A DNA stretch of 58,724 bases, the filler included, from Sphacelaria rigidula (lineage: Eukaryota), in assembly GCA_964200075.2 (NCBI GenBank). It is 10 parts of 10 records of this genome, joined end to end, with 100 filler letters (N's around TTAATTAATTAA, not from the genome) between each part and the next. Parts side by side here need not be neighbours in the genome. Positions count along the whole stretch, not along the records: positions 47,061 to 52,842 come from CAXNAA020024506.1; positions 52,943 to 58,724 come from CAXNAA020024507.1; 8 more parts are not named here. One strand, given 5' to 3'. Under the pieces are notes generated by a model that saw nothing but the letters and a program-made list of their open reading frames with translations, made no database searches and had not been told where the DNA came from. Within the stretch, counting starts at the first letter, position 1; each line of letters starts with the position of its first letter. Below, piece by piece: positions 49,358 through 58,724 of the stretch. The position numbers and the translations under genes were made by a program.

Positions 49358-51938
49358 CTAATCCTCTCGCGGGCGAGAGGGGGAAAACACGTCCAATTTT
49401 AACTCCACGTCGGCTCCCTCCTTTTCAAACATCCTATCCCTCGCTGCCACATCAAATAGCGGCTCCACCTGCGGCGTCCGGCGTGGCCGTTTTGTGCTTC
49501 TTCCACCGGTGATGACAATATCACAGCTCCTGTTTCTGGTAGTGCCACTGGATGGCTCAGCAACCAGTGGACCACTAGTTCTAGTCCCGTCGGGAATTGA
49601 GCGAGCAGGCGCAGCAGTTGCCTCTATTTCCATTTTCAAACGAGATTCTGCCCCACCCAGAGAAATCCTATCTGCTGCCGCCACGCGGGGAGGCGGTTCT
49701 GTGACGGCGGGCGACGTGGTCGTAAAACTCGCATCTCATCGCCCAGCACGGATCGCGCGCAAGCTACGACAAGAAGCGTTACGACCACCATCGTTCGCAT
49801 TCGCATCCGATGAATAGTCAACTCTTGCAGTACGTACATCGATACCGACACCAGTCTCCCCCGAAGCCGAGTTATTGTACCGGCGATTTTCTTCTTGGAC
49901 ATGCCCTGCTGCATAAGACGCAATGGCGGGAAAATGTGCGGTAGAACTATTGGTAGTTAACTACCCTCTAACACGATTGGAAGGACGCCATGACGAGCAT
50001 TCACTGCCGTTGGAACAACCTGCGCGGGCGTGCGTGGAACAGGGCTCCGCCTTCCTACCGGCTGCACCGAGCAATACTTTTTGCGAGTAGCCCTCGTTCT
50101 TATATCGTTTGTTTTTCACGTCAACCATGCCTGCCCGGGCGTGTGTGGCGCAGAACTCCGCCTTCCTGCTACCGGCTGCACCAAGCGATGCATTTTTGGA
50201 GCAGCCCTCTTCGCCGCACCGCTTGTTTCATACGTCAACTACACCCGCTCGGGCGTGTGTGGCGCAGAACTCTGCCTTCCTGCAACCGGCTGCACCGAAC
50301 GATGGTTGTGTGGAGCAGTCTTCCTCGCCGCACAGCCTACCTCTGACGTTTACCATGCCCGCTCGGGCGTGTGTGGCGCAGAACTCTGCCTTCCTGGTAT
50401 CGAGTACACCGAACGATGGTTGTGTTATGCGGCCTTCCTCGCCGCACAGCCTGCTTGCGACGTCAACCATGCCCGACCCGGGCGTGTGTGGCGCAGAACT
50501 CTGCCTTCCTGCTACCGGCTGCACCTAGCGATGCTCGCGTGAGGCAGCCGTTCTTGGAACACCGCTTACTTGTGACGTTTACCATGCCCCCTCGGGCGTG
50601 TGTGGAGCAGAACTCCGCCTTCCTGCTACCGGCTGCACCTAGCGATGCTCGCGTGAGGCAGCTATCCTTGGAACACCGCTTACTTGTGACGTTTACCATG
50701 CCCGCTGGGGCGTGTGTGGCGCAGAACTCTGCCTTCCTGCTACCGGCTGAACGGAACGATGCTCGCTTGGAGAAGCCCTCTTCACCGCACAGCCTACCTC
50801 TGACATTCACTATGCCCGCTGGGGCGTGTGTGGCGCAGAACTCTGCCTTCCTGTTACCGGCTGCACCGAACGATGGTTGTGTTGAGCAGCCCTTCTCGCC
50901 GCACAGCCTGTTTGCAACGTCAACCATGCCCCCTCGGGCGTGTGTGGAGCAGAACTCTGCCTTCCTGCTACCGGCTGCACCTGGCGATACTCGCGTGAGG
51001 CAGCCGTCCTTGGAACACCGCTTACTTGTGACGTCAACCAAGCCCGCTCGGGCGTGTGTGGCGCAGAACTCTGCCTTCCTGCCACCGGCTGCACCGAACG
51101 ATGGTTGTGTGGAGAAGCCTTCCTCGCCGCACAGCCTGTTTGCGACGTCAACCATGCCCCCTCGGGCGTGTGTGGCGCAGAACTCTGCCTTCCTTTTACC
51201 GACGGCACCAAGCGATGCTCGTTTGGAGCAGACCTCTTCGCCGCACCGATCTCTCACGCTAACCATTCCCTCTCGGGCATGTGTGGCGCAGGAGTCCGCC
51301 TCTCTGCTACCGGCTGCACCAAATGATGGCCGTTTGGAGCAGACCTCCTCGCCGCACCGGTCGTTTTTCACATCAACCATGTCCACTTGGGTGGGTGTGG
51401 GGCAGAACTCCCCCTTCGTGATACCGATTGGATCGCATAACGGTCGTGTGGAGCAGTTCATCTCGCCGCACCCGTGCTTGTTTTTTACGCCAATCATTCT
51501 CGCCCGGACGTGTGTGACGCAGAGCTCAGCCTTCCTCTTACCGACTGCTCCGAATGATGATAGTGTGGAGCAGCCCACCTCGCCGCACCGCTTGTTTTTC
51601 ACGTCAACCATGCCCGCTCGGGCGTGTGTGGCGCAGAACTCTGCCTTCCTGCTACCGGCTACACCGAACGATGGTTGTGTAGAGCAGCCCTCCTTGCCGC
51701 ATCGGTTATTCTTTACGTGACCCATGACCGCGTGGGCGTGCGTGACGCGGAACTCTGTACTTTTACAACCGGTCGCACCGAACGATACGTGTTTTGCGCA
51801 GTCCTCCTTGCCGCATAGCTTGCTTTGTACGTCAAACATGCCCGCCCGGGCGTGTGTGGCGCACAAGTTCGGCTTGCTGCTACCCGGCCAGCCATATGAT
51901 GCCGTCGTAATGCAAACTATGTGCACTCAAAAGGGCAT
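49358..51938 (-). pseudogene. EsV-1-7-type Cys/His repeat protein gene (17 x ~38-aa repeats), intronless, disrupted
   Basis: ATG at 51938 and 114-bp tandem units encoding C-x4-C-x3-(P/A)SFG-x9-C-x2-H-x3-GMVDV. Lesions: TGA at codon 4 (51929-51927), a +1 frameshift near 50476, and TGA at 50230-50228. Repeats span ~50020-51930. Inclusion of the low-complexity tail to 49358 is tentative. Confidence 0.85.
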
Positions 51939-54900
51939 CTTCACGACACAGGCCGCGGTAGTCCAGTCGCTGCTGCGCTGCGATCCGCACCGTCACACTC
52001 CCGCCCACAAAGACCAGCTCACCGATTCAGCAGCACCCTGGAACCATCAAGCAGCGAAGATATCATGCGTCGAACCCAAGGGCAAGGTAGGTAAACTGTC
52101 CCCACAGTGGAGTCCCCGGAAATAGGCATACGTATTGGAGTGGACAGCAAGCCTAACCATGGAGTGATCAAAATATGCTTTTTCTACACGGCGGGGCGAT
52201 TGAAGAAGAGAAGGGGCGTAGAACTCTAAACCTGCCCAGACATTTATAGTGCCGAGGTCACTCGTATTGTTTCTACTCATCGGATTTGCTCAACACACGA
52301 CGCGCCCGCGATCACACTGATCTGCGCTTCCTGGGTCGGGGGTTATACAGGCTGGACGGCCAGCTCATGTTGGTGATATCCCGTAGCAATAATCAGGTGA
52401 CGCCGAGAGCACAAACCAGGCGGGTGATGACGTGAAGATGGGCGGTATACGCCGATTCAACACGGTTAGCGTACTGTCATGGGCTGCCCTCGCCTGTGCG
52501 GGTAGGCGACGGGTGTGTGGTGATGGTGGGCACTGACAGGGGGGTTGTGCATGCTACTATACCCGTCGTACGGCCCCCACCAGACGGCATGATAACGGGG
52601 AGCTGTAGCTTACATTACGAACCCCCTATTGAGCTTCGAACGAGGGAAGATTGTGGAAATGCACTTCTCTCGGATACGCCACTCCGTCGCTCTGGAGGGT
52701 GTAAATAATGATTGTTAAGACTATTTGACTTGGCGGTATACAACCAAAGAGCAATGCTACGGTAGGGGTGCACTTTTTTCGCGAAATTATGTCTGGTTCA
52801 GGGGCTCCTAACGATTCAAGATGTACAAAAATATGGGTCAGGNNNNNNNNNNNNNNNNNNNNNNNNNNNNNNNNNNNNNNNNNNNNTTAATTAATTAANN
52901 NNNNNNNNNNNNNNNNNNNNNNNNNNNNNNNNNNNNNNNNNNTATATCACTAGACTGTTGTACCTTACCCTGACTTGGTGTATCTTACTGGACACCGCAG
53001 GCCATCCTACGAACACCACCTGGCTCGATACCATCTCGACAGTTGGTGGAAGAACATCAAGCGAAACAGTGGTCGGCTATCAACACCTCCTGTACGGAGT
53101 TTCGTGCCTGACCGACAGGTGCAAAGCTGCCTACAGTGCGATTAACATGTGACACTAACAAACGATAGCGTTTGAAGCATGATCACCCTGCCTTTCTAAA
53201 TCACCCCCGATTTTGAGCCGAAGCCGCAAAATCTTTCCCGAAACACTTACAGGCTGCTGCCCTTCGTATGCCGTGTGTGGCATGCTGCATGAGGTCGCGC
53301 GGACTCACGCGCCACCCTACTACGCATCCTCGAAAGTGACACCGCTAGAGGCGATTGCCTCCCAGAAAGCAAGCAACGCTCCAGAGTTCACAACACCGGA
53401 GACTAGCCCCATCGCCGTTGACAACGAACGGACGAACGGAACGGATCGTGTAAGCGAGGGGGGGTCTGACTTGCGGCAAAATTTGGTCACCAGAGGACGG
53501 GACACGAATAGTTGTCGAGTGGACGCTGATTGCGGTGGCGGTAGTAAGGAGTCGGGACAACCGCTAGAGGGAGGAAAGGGGAATCCGGCTGGCGCCGGAG
53601 AGCAAAGGGAACTTCAAGGTATCTATATTGGCAGGGAACGTGCCGCAAAGAATGTGAAGCTACACACAGATCACGTTGCTGAACAGTTAGGGAACGGAGA
53701 ATTCCCGCATCATCCAGTGACTCGTGATGTGGCAGTTCACGTCTATTGGGAACTTGATTGACCGGTTCATCAGAAGGACCGTCGCAAATCTCCATATTGT
53801 GCCCTGATACATACATGCATATGAAAATGTATATAAAATAGGGGTCTTCCCGAATCTATACGTCCCGTGGCGAAACAGGACTTTGTTACAGGAATGCGCG
53901 CAATAGCCAGATCAGAGTGGCTTGACGCCAATCATCCATTTTCGCGGGCGCACATCCCATTTGCATTCAGGAAAGTACATTTCCAGACGATGAATGTGGA
54001 AGTCCCGGCGCCCCGTGTAACGGTCAAGTTGATAATCGATAAGTCGAGGGCGACGGAGGTGACGTCTTCTCTGAAAACGTACCTCCGCTTCGCCCCTCTA
54101 CAGGCGACGACGTGGGGTGCACACCACCCACAAATCCTGTCCGTGAGCCAGCCAGCGATCTTCCGGCGTTAGTGAACAGGTCAGAATGTTCACGAGATCA
54201 GTTCGCTTCACTGTCCTGGGGAAACAGGAGACACACCAAACCTCATCGCTTTCCTCGAGGGAATATCACGCAAAAAGCCGTGCAAGCAATTACGTTTCTC
54301 GGCTGATAGCTCCATTCTGACAAAGTTGTACGTGCTTTCACGAGCTCGCTGGTAAAGAATATCGATGTGCTAAAGCATCCAACTTATTGTTCGTTCCCTC
54401 TTTTCTTCGTTCGTACGCGCAAAAACAAATGCTTCACCTACTTTCGGGCACCGAACGAACAGTAGAGGCAAGGGTCGTGCAGAAGTTGCAGAGGGGTCGG
54501 AGTGTGAAGTTCAACAATGGGTGTGGAATTGTGATTTGTGATACCAACAAGGTGAATGAATGGTAATGGCACACTGTCATTCAGAGCTACAGTCGTGCTC
54601 ATGTCCGCCATACGGTACAGATCAAGCGCCCACTGAAATTGTTTTTCAGACTTCAAACCATGGGCCTGGATTATTGAATGGCAATTGTAACAAGAAATCA
54701 CCCAGATAGTAAGGATGCTGCCGCGTACCAGAACAAGCATGCTCGTGTCGTAGAATGTTCTCGTCGAAGGTGCTCATCGTCACCTGTACTGTAGTGGTCT
54801 AACCGCAGGGTTCGCCTTGCTCCAAGGGTTCATCTGGAGTTTCAGTGAAATGCCGGGCGATGCACGGCTAAACAATGGAGGCTAAAACAATACCAACGTG

Positions 54901-54949
54901 CTGTGTCGCACAGAAGTAGATATATTTTGCGTACTTGTAAGAAGGGATC

Positions 54950-55841
54950 CAAGACTGTGTTCTGTACGGTACGACCTTTTGTACAGTATACCTAGGGCAT
55001 TTACCCGGGTATTTCCCGCGCCCGACAGTTCTGTGAGTTCTGCAGGCCTCTTGTACGGCTACGCGACAGCTCTGCGAGATATGTACCAGATGTTCACCCT
55101 CGCCCGGCGTACAGGTATATATCCTTGTAGATATGCCCGACTGTGAGTAAGAGTTTCTGTACAGCCTCCATACCGTACCCCGACAGGTTCGTTGAGTTCG
55201 GTAAAACTACCATACTGGTACCCGACACGTCTGTTTTGTGAGAAATCTCATACCCTACCAAACATACGCGTACCCTGCAGAAAAAATCTAGGAAACACAC
55301 TTCTTTTTTTGACCATCCTCAGAGGAATCCTAGGGGGGAAACAAGACCAGACCCAAGCCTAAACCCACGTGTGCGCAAACACAATGATGTGTCCAAGCAT
55401 GATTTCGTAGTATTTCAAGGTTCTGCTGTTTTGTAGCGGGAAATTTCATGTATCCGCGGGACTTTTTATCGGGTGTTACCCGTACTCGATAGTTCTGCGA
55501 GTACTACACGATTGTCACACCTGTACCCGGCAGTTCTGTAAGTTCTACAAGCCTCTCATACCGGTACCCGACAGTTCTGTGAGATCTGTACGAGATCTTT
55601 ACCCTTACTCGGAGCACCGGTATACCCGTGTAGAAATACCCGATTGCGGGTGAAGGTTTCTCTACAACCTCCATACTGTGCCCAGCAGTTTCTGCGAGTT
55701 ATGTAAAATCCTTCATACCAGTATCCGACGTGTTCTCTAAGTTCCGTAAGACTTCCATGGCGGAACCCGACCGTTCTGCAACTTGTGTACGAAATCTCAT
55801 ACCCTACCGAACATACCCGTACCCTACAGGACACAACCTTG
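54950..55841. mobile_element. Two adjacent copies of an hAT-like MITE with TACCCG-rich subrepeats
   Basis: Copies at ~54950-55290 and ~55416-55841. The outer ends caagactgtgttctgtacggtac and gtaccctacaggacacaaccttg are imperfect inverted repeats. Internal tacccgacagttctgtgag units recur. Confidence 0.65.
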
Positions 55842-57568
55842 AAGGGGGTTATCACACGGGAAGAGGTTGCGGTGAACAAGTAGTTCGAGCTAAATCCCCC
55901 AACTCTAAGCCGGCCGTTTTTGCTTTGACCCCAAAATATTGCGAGCGAGAGTTGCTCTGAGCTGCACGTTTTCGTGCGTGCTGCTGTAGACTTCATCGGT
56001 TGCATCATAAATTCACTCAGCGACCATGATATCTTCAACTAATCAAACGTTTCCGTTCACAAACGTTTCGGTCGATGGACAAATCGCAGGTACGAGATTC
56101 CCCCCTGCTTCTCTTCGTCTCCCCCTCTTTCTCCTCCGCCTCCCGTTTCCAGATTTTCCGCTGTAATACCCGTGCCGGATGTGTCTGCAGCCATTCGATC
56201 CCCTCGCTGGGAATCTCTACACCTACCACCTCTTACCAAGTTTAGTCGACGCTCCATAGTACTTTCTCCGTCCCGTAAGCGCGGTTCGTTGAGTTTGAGC
56301 TAACTCTTTACCTTGTCCGATTCTCCTTTCGTTTTCTAATTCATTACTTACAGTATTTTTAGCTGACACCTTTTCTCTTCACAACCGATGTCGCTTACCC
56401 CACGCCGTCGAACGACCGCAAACGAATCAGTCGGCCCGAAAATGGCCATATTTCGCACCTTCTCCGTGGGCAAGAGAATGAAAGCCCGAAAAAACAGGCG
56501 AGGAAACTCCTCGTCTAGAAAACGGCGAAAAGTGTTCGTTTTAGCTTGCTTCTCGTGCGCAGGATAGCTGAGGCTCATGCGGAACCACGCTGTCGCATTT
56601 TCACCCATGTCCAACACGAACATGGCAAAAGGCAGTGGAATTTGGCAAAACCCGGATTTGAAGTGGCCGAAATTGGGTGATTATTTACCCGAATTTTGAA
56701 CCCAAAATATACGCGGGATTCCCCCCTTCCCCCGCCCCCCGTCGGCTTCCTCAACATTTTATCCTTCCAACGATACCAACTTTAGCATCGTACACACACG
56801 CCTGTGGGGTGAACGCTCCTTGTAAACTCGAAGATCTTAACTCACGGGGCGGAGGAAGTATGTAGCCTGGTAAAAGCTTTTCCGATGTGAGGTCAGGCCG
56901 TGTCTTATCGAGACCAAAAAAGGAATCGGGAAGAGCAACAAGCGCCCAAAAGCAGAATGTTGATTGAGCGCCGAGCGGATCTATGGTTGCGGCGAATTAC
57001 TCAACATGATACTTTTGGATGCGTGTCTATTTTCCCGCTTCGTCTCTTGGTGTCGGCAAGATATGGCCTCATGATCGGCGTATCATCGGCCTCATCATCG
57101 AAAACAAATTTGCACTTCCGGCGCCTTGTGGTATCCCTAACACAGAAACCCACCAATCGAACGGCAGACCTCTCTTTGGGCGATATGGCCGCGTCTTATC
57201 GAGAGAAGAGTTTTGATCAGAGGCTTGCCTTTGAACATGGTTGTGATTGTTCAGAACCTCATAGTCAGCAGACATCACCCGCCATTCGTGTCGAAGGAAA
57301 ATATCTATCTTGATGTGAGAACATAAATGATGTCGTGGCAACACGCGAACAGACCAGTGCGCCATACGCCCAACATCTAACTGTGCACGTCTAGTGCGTG
57401 CCTCGGGCCCCCTGATGTGCCGAACGGCCCACGCATGGCAACCAATGTACATCTCGTTTCATGCTCAACGCATTGTTCCTCCGTGTTCGACAGAGAAATT
57501 CCAAAATGGTCACATACGAAGCAGTGCTTTTGAATTTTTTTCAAAAGCGTGTTGAGCATGTGACATCA

Positions 57569-57757
57569 GGCCCTATCTTAGCACTTTAGTTTTCGATCGA
57601 AATTGTGCGGTGAAAAGCAAAACCCCCGATCTGATAAGTCGTAATTTCAACCATCGTCGTTGACATTGAAGATGGTTGAAATCATGACCTGTCAGATCAG
57701 GATTTTTGCTTCTCACCGCACTTTTTCGATCGAAAACGCATGTGCTAAGACAGGCCC
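57569..57757. mobile_element. 189-bp palindromic PIF/Harbinger (Tourist-like) MITE
   Basis: ~88-bp imperfect inverted arms (ggccctatcttagcac...tttcaaccatc / gatggttgaaa...gtgctaagacaggccc), flanked by a TCA direct repeat at 57566-57568 and 57758-57760. A related fragment lies at ~22744-22797. Confidence 0.8.
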
Positions 57758-58647
57758 TCAGCCCTCAACGAATCGGACCCATAAAACACGTAAACAGGTG
57801 CAACCATGAACAAAAGAGAAGCTTTCTCCTCTCATTGAGATGGACCCTCAGTGTTTTTCAGCGTTGCTTGTGATCTCAAGAGTTGAATGCACGATACTCT
57901 GTGTCCATCTTTTCCCGTCCTCTGTGGTGAAACAAAACAGTGATGTGTGCCCTCGCCTTTGATTCGATCTGAACCCGCTCATTTGATTGTTGGGTGCTTT
58001 ATGCGTTCACGCAACCGACTTCCGAGGGACCCACGTGTGCGCGTTTCCTTTGCTTTGGTCCACGACTAGATTGTCTCATCAGCAGAAGTCTGCTTCTTGT
58101 TTCTTTTTGCTTCGGTACAAGTAACATATGCCTAACTGGCTGGTGTCTTTACTTCTGTCGTGCTCTGTTGTTGGAACGCCACCCGACAGCGTCGGCTAAC
58201 AGCGAATGCTCCCAATCTCATGGAAGCAATGAAGACCCCGGATTCACCCCAGACGGCAAACTAATGTGAGTATATTTTAGAGGCCCTTGGGGCAAGACAA
58301 TGCGCTGCAAAACTTTCCTCACCATTTTGAGATAAAACAGGACTGCCAGACACCGACCGCACAATGGGATAAGACAAGCGATGCTTGATGTAGCGCTCAA
58401 GTATCTACGCTTGCACCTACGGAGAGTTGGTCGGAGGTACCTGCATTCATCGCGTTCGCAAACCTTGCGATCCTAGACATTTTGATTATGCTCGCTCATC
58501 CTGCATCGAAGTACCTACAGTAGCTAGTACGATAGAAAAATATCAATGTTAACGTGGATCTTCGTTATTCCTTCTCATTTCCAAGCTGAGTGTCCGACCT
58601 ACGTATTGACGTTCTAGATAACCAACATATCCCTCCTCCATTGTATT

Positions 58648-58724
58648 GACCGGTCGCCCCGGTGGCTCAGTTGGTAACCTCGTAACCTTCTGACGGTTGA
58701 GTTGGGGGGTTTGATTCCCGGAGC
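58648..58724 (+). mobile_element. tRNA-derived SINE family C head (cut by window/contig end)
   Basis: A box TGGCTCAGTTGG and B-box-like GGTTTGATTCC. Near-identical to 17481-17549. Confidence 0.75.

Noticed and set aside
50371..51720. 449-aa plus-strand ORF (and other plus-strand ORFs at 50030-51326)
   Set aside because: Antisense shadows of the GC-rich 114-bp EsV-1-7 repeats. The minus strand carries the recognisable Cys/His motif.
53213..54740. ORFs in contig 10 (53213-53761 +, 53867-54172 +, 54438-54740 -), and similar ORFs at 29814-30518, 34225-34845 and 21473-21910
   Set aside because: No recognisable domain or consistent splice pattern. They could be decayed TE or viral sequence, but a translated profile search is needed to say.

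Overview
This is eukaryotic nuclear DNA, most consistent with a brown alga (Phaeophyceae). It has short exons separated by long, repeat-filled introns, an EsV-1-7 Cys/His repeat gene, and CA-rich and G-rich tracts. The window is not contiguous. It is ten size-sorted contigs (four of 5,783 bp, six of 5,782 bp) joined by an artificial 100-bp linker (N44-TTAATTAATTAA-N44), so nothing can be inferred across linkers. Spliced gene fragments reconstructed with in-phase GT-AG junctions: a GGC1/YHM1-type mitochondrial GTP/GDP carrier (3 terminal exons), a divergent Rab11-like GTPase (3 terminal exons), a convergent CHZ-domain (HIRIP3-like) gene (2 terminal exons), MUTYH/MutY adenine glycosylase (3 internal exons) and one RCC1-repeat exon. 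There is also an intronless 17-repeat EsV-1-7 array with three lesions. Mobile DNA includes a decayed LINE endonuclease, an internally deleted Ty1/copia element, a tRNA-headed SINE family, Harbinger-like and hAT-like MITEs, and a ~520-bp dispersed element whose copies share one oligo(C)-flanked end. The most interesting candidates are the modular, shuffled EsV-1-7 array, the oligo(C)-ended element, and an indel-free 42-bp array. All protein assignments come from remembered family motifs, not database searches.
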